Source of the DNA: a virus
Lineage: Duplodnaviria; Caudoviricetes
DNA length: 64,000 bases
Strand: one strand, 5' to 3'
IMG/VR virus record: IMGVR_UViG_3300028048_000042
The translations under genes were made by a program, and so were the position numbers. Below the pieces are notes generated by a model. It was not told the origin of the DNA, made no database searches, and was given only the letters and a program-made list of their open reading frames with translations. How positions within the stretch are numbered: position 1 is the stretch's first letter; each line of letters begins with the position of its first letter. This document shows, piece by piece, positions 9,674 through 19,086 of this stretch.

Positions 9674-10165
9674 ATGAAAATTTTAACAACTGATAAAAAT
9701 AAAAATTTATTAAGTAAAGACACTGACTTTAAATTTGTTAGTAATGGGTGTGTTTATAGGTTTGTCAGTGAAACAGTTAAACAAGATATATTGATAAATT
9801 ATCATAATATTGTTGATAAAAATTTACAAAAATATTTACCGAAAAATATTTGTATTAATCGCAATATGGTTACTTATCAATATGTGGAAGGTAGAGATTT
9901 GGAATATTGCTATTCAATAAGAATGAATTATTTATATGCAAAAATGTTGTTCGAGCTTTGGAAATCAAATTGTTATATTTTTGACCTTTCTCGAAGAAAC
10001 GTTATTTTTGATGGAGAAAAAATTGTCATTATAGATTTGGATTGTAAGCCAAAAGCAAATTGTACAAAATGGCAATATGCAAAAGAATGTTTGTATCGTT
10101 TTAGAGATACAATGGTAAATTGTGGGACTATGATAAAAAGATTGGAAAGATTTTTATGCGAGTGA
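9674..10165 (+). CDS. Small protein-kinase-like protein 2
   Basis: KYLPKNI, YQYVEGRDL, IFDLSRRNVI, IIDLD; paralog of 3835..4275. Confidence 0.65.
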   Translation: MKILTTDKNKNLLSKDTDFKFVSNGCVYRFVSETVKQDILINYHNIVDKNLQKYLPKNICINRNMVTYQYVEGRDLEYCYSIRMNYLYAKMLFELWKSNCYIFDLSRRNVIFDGEKIVIIDLDCKPKANCTKWQYAKECLYRFRDTMVNCGTMIKRLERFLCE

Positions 10166-11055
10166 ATTTAATTTATTTTTTGTATGAGTTAAATGGAGCT
10201 TATACTTCATTTGAAGACTTGTTCTACAATTTGAAGCGTTTTACAGATAATGATGTTCGATTTATTATTTTATATGAAGATAAGGATGTGCTTGTTCGAT
10301 TTAAAGAATATTTGGCTTTCGGAACAGGTATTTGCTATTTACAAATTGAAAAAGAAGGGTATCATAATATGAAATTTCCTATCAAATACGATATTAAGGG
10401 AGATATAAATGTTATTAGTACCGAAATTATTCAGTTGGAATGGCATGACAGATTTGTACAACATTCAAACAAAACATATTTGCTATATCCTGCCTTTGTA
10501 TATAAAGATGAAGGACTAGACCACAGCATTTTTGAGTATCAAATGAATTATATTAAAGAACATAATGTTTTGACAATTTGTAATGAATTTAATGCAAAGT
10601 ATGTGGATAATAGTTTTGTTTGGTATATGAAGTTTTCACCTGAACGAATTGAAAAAATAAAAAAGCTTGTTAGTTTTGAAAATGATACTTTGGTAGCAGA
10701 AGATTATTACAAGAATAAAATGGAAGGTAGAAATATAAAACCTTTTTCGTATAAAAAATATGAATATTATAGATATGACAAGAAAAATGATTTCAACAAC
10801 TATACTGATAATGGAGCAAGATATTATGAAAATATCGGTAAATTAATGTTTGAATTTGTTTTTCTTGGCAAAGAATCGACATATTCACCAAAGAATAAAA
10901 AGTTCTTTGATGGATTGAGTGAATTTATGAGATATATTGGATATGATGACGAAAAGGAATATACTTTTACTAAAGATGATATGCCATTGTTAAAAAAGAA
11001 ACTGTATATGGATAAAGATGATGAAATATTAAAACTCTTTAGAGAAGAAGGTTAA
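10156..11055 (+). CDS. Hypothetical protein, possibly a diverged GT-B-like transferase
   Basis: ORF coupled to its neighbours; N-terminal beta-strand then NGAYTSFEDL loosely resembles GT-B N-termini. Confidence 0.4.
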   Translation: MRVNLIYFLYELNGAYTSFEDLFYNLKRFTDNDVRFIILYEDKDVLVRFKEYLAFGTGICYLQIEKEGYHNMKFPIKYDIKGDINVISTEIIQLEWHDRFVQHSNKTYLLYPAFVYKDEGLDHSIFEYQMNYIKEHNVLTICNEFNAKYVDNSFVWYMKFSPERIEKIKKLVSFENDTLVAEDYYKNKMEGRNIKPFSYKKYEYYRYDKKNDFNNYTDNGARYYENIGKLMFEFVFLGKESTYSPKNKKFFDGLSEFMRYIGYDDEKEYTFTKDDMPLLKKKLYMDKDDEILKLFREEG

Positions 11056-11058
11056 AAA

Positions 11059-12651
11059 ATGAAAATTTTAGGTATTCAGTGTTATCAGGATTATAATGTT
11101 TGTTATTATGATACAGAAACAAAAGAGTTAAAATATATTGAGTTAGAGAAATTGTTGAAGAGAAAACATTTTTCTTTTCATAGTGAAAAACTCGATTATA
11201 TGCATGAAATTGATAGGATATATAATGACAACCTTAGAAATAATCTTTATAAGACGCAGAAAATTATTCACAAAGAATTGGGCGTTGATAGATTTGACCT
11301 AATTTGTTGGAATTATACACGATTTGAAGATGGATATTTGAAAAAAGAATCTTTTGATTTTATTAAAATGTTGGAAAAATGTGATATTCAAAAGTTCCAC
11401 CATCAAGAAAACCATGTATTACCTGCAATTGTGGAAAATCATTTACAAGAAGCATTGTGTGTCTCCGTTGATGGTAAAGGTGATGGAAACCATGCAATTT
11501 ATACTTGGAAAGATGGCAAATTGACAAAGTTGTTTCAGGAGCATAGATTTTCTTATGGTATGTTCTATGAAGTCCTTTCTGCATATTTCTTAACAGATGA
11601 CCATGTGTACTATCAAGGTGCAGAAGGTAAATTCATGGCGTATGCAGGGTTATCTAATAACTTTGTAAAAATTGTGGATATAGATTATTTTATGGATAAG
11701 ATTAAAAATACTGATTGGAATAATTGGGAAGAAAAAGTAAAAATTCAAAATTATATTTTTAATTTTTTAGATACACAATCTCAGTATTTTGATAAAAAAG
11801 ATTTAGCATATACCATGCAAAAATTGTGGTTGGATTCTTTGATTCGTGATATTGCAAAATATCGTCACGGACAAAGGAATTTAGTTATTTCAGGCGGTTG
11901 TGCTCTTAATTGTATGCTTAATTATTTGTTGATAAAAACAGGTTGGTTTGAAAATGTATACTTCACACCAATTGCTTCTGATGTTGGTCAGTCGTATGGA
12001 GCTGTATTGAATTACTTGCTGAGATATAAGCCTGAAGAAATCAAACATATTAATACGAGACAATATTCTGTTACCGAAATGTATAGAGATAAAGATTATT
12101 TTAAATCAATTGAATCTAATTTTGCAGATATTAATGTAAATAAAATTGTTGATGCTTTGGCTGATGGGAAAGTAATTGGTGTTTGTCGTGGCAACATTGA
12201 GATGGGGCCTCGTGCTTTGGGCAATCGTAGTATTTTAGCGGCACCATTTAAGGCAGAAATGAAAACGAAGCTAAATGAATTAAAAGGAAGAGAACAATAT
12301 CGACCTTATGGTATTCTTGTCCCTCGTGAAGAAATGGGCAAATATTTTGATATTGATGTAGATGCAACATATATGAATGTTTTAGCTTATTGCAATGATT
12401 CAAAATTATTACTTGGTGCGCAACATCATGATAAAACAGTTCGTGTGCAGACTGTGGATAAAAAGAATAATCCGTGGCTTTATAATTTATTAATGGCGTT
12501 TAAGAAAAGAACAGGTGTACCTATTCTTATCAATACTTCATTCAATGATAGTGGTTTGCCTATTTTTAATTATGTTGAAGATATGTATAGAATGTATCAA
12601 GAAAAATTAGATGGATTGGTTATTGATGAAAAAATGATTATGAAGGATTGA
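11059..12651 (+). CDS. O-carbamoyltransferase, NodU/CmcH/TobZ family
   Basis: HHQENH, VDGKGD, EGKFMAYAG, SGGCALN, SDVGQSYGA, EMGPRALGNRSILA, KGREQYRPY, HDKTVRVQTV, LINTSFN. Confidence 0.93.
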   Translation: MKILGIQCYQDYNVCYYDTETKELKYIELEKLLKRKHFSFHSEKLDYMHEIDRIYNDNLRNNLYKTQKIIHKELGVDRFDLICWNYTRFEDGYLKKESFDFIKMLEKCDIQKFHHQENHVLPAIVENHLQEALCVSVDGKGDGNHAIYTWKDGKLTKLFQEHRFSYGMFYEVLSAYFLTDDHVYYQGAEGKFMAYAGLSNNFVKIVDIDYFMDKIKNTDWNNWEEKVKIQNYIFNFLDTQSQYFDKKDLAYTMQKLWLDSLIRDIAKYRHGQRNLVISGGCALNCMLNYLLIKTGWFENVYFTPIASDVGQSYGAVLNYLLRYKPEEIKHINTRQYSVTEMYRDKDYFKSIESNFADINVNKIVDALADGKVIGVCRGNIEMGPRALGNRSILAAPFKAEMKTKLNELKGREQYRPYGILVPREEMGKYFDIDVDATYMNVLAYCNDSKLLLGAQHHDKTVRVQTVDKKNNPWLYNLLMAFKKRTGVPILINTSFNDSGLPIFNYVEDMYRMYQEKLDGLVIDEKMIMKD

Positions 12652-12657
12652 TATTAA

Positions 12658-13416
12658 TTGAAACATATACCTTTGATTGAATATCACCTAACAAACCATT
12701 GCAATTTAAACTGTAAGGGGTGTGCTCATTTTGCACCTCTTGCAGAGCCTTGGTTTGCAGATGTAAAGCAATTTGAAAAAGATTTAAACAAATTAACAGA
12801 TAAAGTAATTATTGATGAATTGATTATGTTTGGTGGAGAACCATTATTGCATCCAACAATATGTGATTTCTTTGAAATGGCAAGAAAAATTTTACCACAT
12901 GCAAAAATTTGTGTTTTAACGAATGGAGTTAATTTATTGAAAGAGTTGCCTAAATTAAAGGATTCTCTTGTTAAGAATGAAATTATTGTTGATATAACAA
13001 GTTATCCGATTAACGTTAATTATAAAATGACATTGAAAATGTTAAAAGCATTTGGAGTAAAATATAAAATTTATAATGATTTAGAACCAATAAAAACATT
13101 AAGAAAACATAAATTATCTCATGAAAAGAAAGAAAATACATGGGATTGCTTAATGATAAATTCTAAATCTGTGCAGTTGAAAGATGGGAAATTGTATATT
13201 TGTCCAATACAAGCGTATATTGATATTTTTAACAAATATTTTAATGAGAATTATGAGGTTGACGAATCGGATATTTTGACTCTTACAGATGATACAACAG
13301 ATGATGAAATCTTAAATATGTATTATCACAAAAATGAATTTTGCAAATTTTGTAGAGAACCAATTGTAGGAAATAAATATTCTACATCAAAAAGAGATAA
13401 GCAAGAATGGACGTAA
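12658..13416 (+). CDS. Radical SAM protein (short, twitch-like auxiliary Cys), paralog A
   Basis: CNLNCKGCAHFAP, FGGEPLLHP, LTNG, DC...ICP...FCKFC. Confidence 0.88.
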   Translation: MKHIPLIEYHLTNHCNLNCKGCAHFAPLAEPWFADVKQFEKDLNKLTDKVIIDELIMFGGEPLLHPTICDFFEMARKILPHAKICVLTNGVNLLKELPKLKDSLVKNEIIVDITSYPINVNYKMTLKMLKAFGVKYKIYNDLEPIKTLRKHKLSHEKKENTWDCLMINSKSVQLKDGKLYICPIQAYIDIFNKYFNENYEVDESDILTLTDDTTDDEILNMYYHKNEFCKFCREPIVGNKYSTSKRDKQEWT

Positions 13417-13431
13417 AATTAAAAAAGTGTT

Positions 13432-14271
13432 ATGATTAGAGAGAATTATGCAATGGATATAAAATATTGTTTTAAGACTCAAATCGTGGATGAATGTAAC
13501 TTGAATTGCTGTGGGTGCGACCATTTTGCACCCATAGCTGATTCTTGGCATCAACCGTTGGGAGATTTTATTAAAATGATGAAAACTCTTAAAAATACAG
13601 TTGGTGATAGCATAAAAGAAATTGAGTTATACGGTGGTGAACCATTATTACATAAGGATTTATATAGAATGCTTATGGCGTGTGAAATTATATTTCCTCA
13701 AACGGTAATATTATCAATAGAAAGTAATGGTTTATTGCTTGATAGTTTTTTACAAAAGAATAAATCTTTGCAAAAAGATACGAGAATTGAATATCAGATT
13801 ACAGAATATGCAACAACACAAGGAATTGTGGATAGATTAAAAAATAAATATCCTAATTTAGTGATTTTTAGGTCTAAGCATACACCTTTAGAATTAAACA
13901 CAAATAAAAGCTGTTGGAAAGATTGTATGTTTAATATAAATCTTCAGTATGAGGAAAATGAAGAAAGACAATGGGAAATATATAAGCATTGTTACTGTAA
14001 AAGCTTTGAAGAACATAGCGTTTGTTTGCGAAATTGGAAAATTTCTCCATGTCCTTTAGTTATGTGTATAGATATATTTGATGGTTACTTTGGCGAACAT
14101 TTTTATAATGAGGAAAATTATGTCAAAGTGACAGAATCATTAAATAAAGATGATTTGTATAAAATGGCGCATGTTCCTTGTGAACATTGTAAACGCTGTG
14201 GGAATGTAGTATATGGATTTCCTTATAAAATGTCAGAGAAGAAAAAATCTGAATGGGTGGTAGAAAAGTGA
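13432..14271 (+). CDS. Radical SAM protein, paralog B
   Basis: CNLNCCGCDHFAP, YGGEPLLH, ESNG, PCP...CEHCKRC. Confidence 0.88.
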   Translation: MIRENYAMDIKYCFKTQIVDECNLNCCGCDHFAPIADSWHQPLGDFIKMMKTLKNTVGDSIKEIELYGGEPLLHKDLYRMLMACEIIFPQTVILSIESNGLLLDSFLQKNKSLQKDTRIEYQITEYATTQGIVDRLKNKYPNLVIFRSKHTPLELNTNKSCWKDCMFNINLQYEENEERQWEIYKHCYCKSFEEHSVCLRNWKISPCPLVMCIDIFDGYFGEHFYNEENYVKVTESLNKDDLYKMAHVPCEHCKRCGNVVYGFPYKMSEKKKSEWVVEK

Positions 14272-15581
14272 TAAAGGATTTAATAACAAAACAAGGAATT
14301 ATGATTGATATAACCAATGCTTGTGTTAATCAGTGCGGTAATTGTATGCGATTTTGTGGTTATCATGATGACCCATTTTTTATGGAATTTGAATATTTTA
14401 AAAAAGTTGTTGATAGCTTGCACGATTTTGATGGGCAAATAGGTATAATTGGCGGTGAGCCAACATTACATCCTGATTTTGTTAAAATGGTTGAGTATAT
14501 AAGAGATACATATCCGCATAAAAAAGAAAAAGGATTTGTAAGACAACCAATCTCTGATGTTAATGGATATATTTTTAATAATAATGTGGATGATGTTGGC
14601 AAATTCAAGTTGTTTACTTGTGCAAAGACGCAACAATTTTATGATAATTTTGAGTTAATAGATGATGTATTCGAATCATTTAGATTTAATGACCACAGTC
14701 AAGGAACAAGACATTTTACAACCTTGGTTGATTATAAAGATTTGGGGTTGTCTGATGGCGAATTTAAAATGTTGGAAAATGATTGTTGGGTACAAAATTA
14801 TTGTTTTGCTACGGTAACGCCTAAAGGTGGTTTCTTCTGCGAAATGGCAGGAGCTTTAGATATGCTTTATGGTGGAGATGGCGGTTTCGAAATTAAAGAT
14901 GGTTGGTGGAAACGTTATCGTAAAGATTTCGAGTGTCAAGAACAATGGTGTGCACATTGTGGTGCAAGATTAGGTTTGCCAATGAGATTGGATTCAGAAA
15001 ATAAAGACTACGTTTCTAAAAGCGTTGTCGATAATTTAAAGCATACCAAACGCATACGTAATAATGATTATAAAATAATAACCAAAGAAGAATATCAAAA
15101 AAATTGGATGAAATGGCGAGAAGAAAAATCTAAAAAATTAGATTTAGTTGATGAAATTTGTGTTGATAATAATAATCCATTTTTTAGACCTCAACACATA
15201 TCATTTGTTAATAAGTATGATGATATATTGAAGCAAGATGATTGGGTTATATGTGGGGATTATGCAGGTAAAGAAAAATATGTTCTTGATTTTATGAATA
15301 ATCATTTTTTTAATATAGGGTGTTTGTACTATATGGAAGATGAACCGATATTTGCGGTTAATGTAAAATCTAATGCATTGAAGGATTTAACGAAGATTGA
15401 TATGAATCCTTGGGGATATTATGATTTACAAAAAATAGTGAAAATAAATAATTTTGAAGATGATGTATTAAAAGCAACAGATGAAGTTATGTCTGTTAGG
15501 GGAATTATGGATGTAAGTGTTGCAAAGCAAAAAGCAGAATTAATGAAAAAGATAAGGGATAAAATGAAATGTTCGACATAA
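14268..15581 (+). CDS. Radical SAM protein (different family) with C-terminal extension
   Basis: IDITNACVNQCGNCMRFC, IGGEPTLHP, CWVQ..C, FFCE, WCAHCG; GTG start overlapping the previous stop (GTGA). Confidence 0.85.
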   Translation: MIKDLITKQGIMIDITNACVNQCGNCMRFCGYHDDPFFMEFEYFKKVVDSLHDFDGQIGIIGGEPTLHPDFVKMVEYIRDTYPHKKEKGFVRQPISDVNGYIFNNNVDDVGKFKLFTCAKTQQFYDNFELIDDVFESFRFNDHSQGTRHFTTLVDYKDLGLSDGEFKMLENDCWVQNYCFATVTPKGGFFCEMAGALDMLYGGDGGFEIKDGWWKRYRKDFECQEQWCAHCGARLGLPMRLDSENKDYVSKSVVDNLKHTKRIRNNDYKIITKEEYQKNWMKWREEKSKKLDLVDEICVDNNNPFFRPQHISFVNKYDDILKQDDWVICGDYAGKEKYVLDFMNNHFFNIGCLYYMEDEPIFAVNVKSNALKDLTKIDMNPWGYYDLQKIVKINNFEDDVLKATDEVMSVRGIMDVSVAKQKAELMKKIRDKMKCST

Positions 15582-16378
15582 AAACCATTTTAAAAAGCAA
15601 AATTTGGATGAAAGAAAATCTTGGCGAAATAGATATTCCTGTTGTGAATCATTGTAATCTTAATTGTGCAAGCTGTGACCATTTTGCTCCATTAGCGGAA
15701 AAGCATTTTTATAAATTGGAAAACTATATTAAAAATCTTGATAGACTTAAAGCCTTGTTAAAAGATAAAAAAATATATAGAATTAATTTGATGGGTGGAG
15801 AGCCGTTGTTACATCCTCAATTAATTGATTTTTGTAGAGTAACAAGAGAAAAATTTTCAGATACAAATATATTCATTACAACCAATGGCATTTTATTGCC
15901 ACAGTGGGAGAAAGAAAATGGGCATATTTTAAAAAAGCTAAATATAAGAATTTTGGTTACAGAATACAACAAAGATAAAAATTTCTATAAAATGAATTTG
16001 CTGAAAGAAAAAAGCAGTCAAAAAAGTTATCAGTATTGCAATAATCGTAATATAAATGTACTTGAAATAATTGATAATGTCGATGAAGAGTTTCACGAGT
16101 TTTATTCCGATTTCCCATGTACGCAGTTAAATGAAAATGGAGATTATTTTTCATGTATTATTCCTGCAAATATTGAAATCTTTAATAAACATTTTAAAAC
16201 AAAATATGAACTGATAGAAGGTCAAGACTTTGTTAACATTTTTAACATTGATGATTTGTCAGAAATGATTAGGATTACGCAATGCAAAAAAATACCATTT
16301 TGTGATTATTGTGGGAAGAAAACTGTCGTGAAATGGAAAGGAAGTAAAAATGATGAACAAGAATGGGTTGAACAGTAA
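15569..16378 (+). CDS. Radical SAM protein, paralog C
   Basis: CNLNCASCDHFAP, MGGEPLLHP, TTNG, FCDYC. Confidence 0.88.
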   Translation: MFDIKTILKSKIWMKENLGEIDIPVVNHCNLNCASCDHFAPLAEKHFYKLENYIKNLDRLKALLKDKKIYRINLMGGEPLLHPQLIDFCRVTREKFSDTNIFITTNGILLPQWEKENGHILKKLNIRILVTEYNKDKNFYKMNLLKEKSSQKSYQYCNNRNINVLEIIDNVDEEFHEFYSDFPCTQLNENGDYFSCIIPANIEIFNKHFKTKYELIEGQDFVNIFNIDDLSEMIRITQCKKIPFCDYCGKKTVVKWKGSKNDEQEWVEQ

Positions 16379-18191
16379 TAATCCATTAAATTTGATGAAT
16401 AATATTTATAAATTTGTAAAAGGACGAAGAGCAGAATTGTTGTTGGTTGAGTTACCGACTGTCAATGAATTGTCAAGAAAAACAGAATTGCAAGTTATAA
16501 GTAGTATGATTTGTGGAGATATGGTATATAAAGATTTGTCCACGCATAATAATGAATGTGAAATGTTCTTTGATGAATATAACAAAAAGATGTTTAGAAA
16601 GGTTATTTATGATAATAAAGACCTATACGAAAAGTGTTTTGATGATTTTTCTTCAGATTATATTGATAAAATTTGTGCATGTGACCCTGATTTAATTCAA
16701 AATAATAATTATTTTTGTATGGAAGACTACGAATCTGATTTTATGAATATTAAGGATGGAGTTCGAAAAACAGCAAATCAAATTGATGATAATAATCATA
16801 ATATTTTTGTGTTTGGTAACTCAACAACTTTTGGTTATTATGTTGCTGACAATGAAACTATTGCAAGTTTTTTACAAAAATATGTTGCACCATATAAATA
16901 CAATGTTTACAATTATGCTACAATTAATGATACGTTGTTAAATATTTATAACCGTGTTATTAATACAGGTATTTGTGATAATGATATTGTGGTTATTGGT
17001 ATTCCAAAGGGATTTCTTGGGAAAGATGCGTTTTTGTTTCCTCATGTTGATACAACAGATGGATTTTATATTCATACTGAAAAAGAAAACTTGATTGACC
17101 GTGCACATTTGACAGCTTATTGTCATGATTGGATTGCTGAAATGATTTTCAACAATATTAAAAAAGATATAGATTGTTTCGATGTGAAAGATGAAACTGT
17201 AGAATCGCAGGTAAAAATGCTTATTTCAGATTTCAGAAGAGAATGTGAAATGTTTGATGATTCTTTGCAGGTGGGTGCTTCTGTAATGAGTTGTAACCCA
17301 TTTACATCAGGTCATAGGCATCTTGTGGAAATTGGCAGTAAAATGTTTGATTATTTTGTCGTGTTTTTGATGCAAGAAGGAATGAATCTTGTTTTCGATA
17401 AAGCAGAATGTGAAAATTTGGTTCGCGTAGGAGTAGAAGATTTAGACAATGTAATTGTTGTACCAATGTCCGATATGTTTACTTATCAAACATTTTGGCC
17501 TGAATACAATGATGTTGCACTTAGACATAGTAAAAATTATATAGGATTGAATACTTATAATCTTTTAAATGTTGTAGGTAAAGCATTCAAAAGGCTTAAT
17601 ATCAAACATTTTCTTTGCGGTATCGAAACAGATGATAACATCACAAGACAACATATTGTTCAAGCAAAAACGGTATTTCCACAAAATGACATTAATGTTA
17701 TTTGTATTCCTCGCAAACAAATGAAAAATAATAAATTGAGCATTAGTGGTACGGAATGTCGTAAGATGTTAGCACAAGGTGAATATGATAAATTAAACGG
17801 ATTTCTTCAACCACAAATTGTTGATTATATTCGAGAAAATAAATTGACTGTTCAGCAACCAAAATTTCCAACTAAGATGATTGTGGAGTTGCTTGAAAAA
17901 GAATCAAAGAGAATTTTAACAAAAAACAAAAAAGATTTGAATTTGCTTATTGTTGATAAAGAAGATTGCTTGAAGAATATTAAAGCTTTGAGAAAAATTG
18001 TAAAAGGTTGTTCGAAAGAGGAATTACTGTCAATTGTTCAATTACATATTCAAGCATCTGTTTGGGCAGGTTACTTATATTTAATAAATGTAGAAATGGA
18101 TGAAGACCTGTACAATATTATTATGAGTAAATTGAAAGATGATGAATATAAGCAGAAATTGAGGGATAAACATGATGGAGTTGCAAACTAA
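16350..18191 (+). CDS. SGNH/GDSL-like domain fused to a CitC (citrate lyase ligase)-like HIGH nucleotidyltransferase
   Basis: IFVFGNSTTFG (GDSL block I-like) and IDRAHLT (DxxH); GASVMSCNPFTSGHRHLVE and ISGTECRKML match CitC-type NPFTxGH and ISASxVR motifs. Confidence 0.7.
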   Translation: MMNKNGLNSNNPLNLMNNIYKFVKGRRAELLLVELPTVNELSRKTELQVISSMICGDMVYKDLSTHNNECEMFFDEYNKKMFRKVIYDNKDLYEKCFDDFSSDYIDKICACDPDLIQNNNYFCMEDYESDFMNIKDGVRKTANQIDDNNHNIFVFGNSTTFGYYVADNETIASFLQKYVAPYKYNVYNYATINDTLLNIYNRVINTGICDNDIVVIGIPKGFLGKDAFLFPHVDTTDGFYIHTEKENLIDRAHLTAYCHDWIAEMIFNNIKKDIDCFDVKDETVESQVKMLISDFRRECEMFDDSLQVGASVMSCNPFTSGHRHLVEIGSKMFDYFVVFLMQEGMNLVFDKAECENLVRVGVEDLDNVIVVPMSDMFTYQTFWPEYNDVALRHSKNYIGLNTYNLLNVVGKAFKRLNIKHFLCGIETDDNITRQHIVQAKTVFPQNDINVICIPRKQMKNNKLSISGTECRKMLAQGEYDKLNGFLQPQIVDYIRENKLTVQQPKFPTKMIVELLEKESKRILTKNKKDLNLLIVDKEDCLKNIKALRKIVKGCSKEELLSIVQLHIQASVWAGYLYLINVEMDEDLYNIIMSKLKDDEYKQKLRDKHDGVAN

Positions 18192-19083
18192 ATTTGCAAT
18201 AATTATACCAACATATAATCGCCCTGACAAAATTAAAAAAGCTATAAGGTCTGTCAAACAACAGACCTTTTTTAATTGGGAGATATATATAGTGGATGAT
18301 TGTTCAGATGTACAATATTCTTCTGAAATTTGGGAAGACATAAAAGATAAAGTTAAATATTATAGATTAGATAAAAACAGAGGGCATTGTTATGCAAGAA
18401 ATTTCGCATTACAACAAATTGAAGATGAAGTTTGGGTGAAATATCTTGACGATGATGACGAAATTTTACCAACATGTTTGGAAAATTTGAATAATTTCAT
18501 TGTTAGAAATCCAAACGTTAATGTAATATCGACAAATTATATTAAGCGGTTTGATACATATGAGAAGATTTGTGAGACAAATTATCATAAATACAGTGTG
18601 TTTTCAGGGAAGTTAGATACTTGTGCTATATGTCATAAGAAAGATTTGTATGAGCAAATTGGTGGTTGGGATGAAAGACTTTATCGTATGGCAGATGATG
18701 ATTTTTTCTTTAATTACATTTCAAATGGTAATTATGGCTATTGTAATGTTGTGACTTCAGTGTTTTATGATACGTCAGATGAAGATAGAGTAACCAATAT
18801 ATGTTCAAATTTAAAATATTGTAACATTATTGCCGAAAAATATGATTATTTTAAAAATAATCGTTGCTTGATTTTAACAAACAATGAGGGTAATATAATG
18901 GACGAGAATTATAATATAGAATCTTTCATGCCTTTTGATGTATCGAATACTATAAAGAAAGGATATAAATACATTATAAAGTATGATAAAAATGATTCTT
19001 TAAATGATATTTTTCAAAAAAAATATCATTTAGAAAAATTACCTATACGTGTTGGCAATAGCATTCTTATAAAAGGAGTTTGA
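18172..19083 (+). CDS. Glycosyltransferase family 2
   Basis: IIIPTYNR, IVDDCS, NRGHCYARN, YLDDDD, IGGWDE, ADDD. Confidence 0.92.
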   Translation: MMELQTKFAIIIPTYNRPDKIKKAIRSVKQQTFFNWEIYIVDDCSDVQYSSEIWEDIKDKVKYYRLDKNRGHCYARNFALQQIEDEVWVKYLDDDDEILPTCLENLNNFIVRNPNVNVISTNYIKRFDTYEKICETNYHKYSVFSGKLDTCAICHKKDLYEQIGGWDERLYRMADDDFFFNYISNGNYGYCNVVTSVFYDTSDEDRVTNICSNLKYCNIIAEKYDYFKNNRCLILTNNEGNIMDENYNIESFMPFDVSNTIKKGYKYIIKYDKNDSLNDIFQKKYHLEKLPIRVGNSILIKGV

Positions 19084-19086
19084 AGT

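Noticed and set aside
7708-19083. Ordinary bacterial capsule/LPS operon (chimeric assembly)
   Set aside because: No flippase, polymerase or NDP-sugar synthesis genes; GT8 overlaps the phage-like ORF 7098, and the same GATC avoidance appears to run through the region
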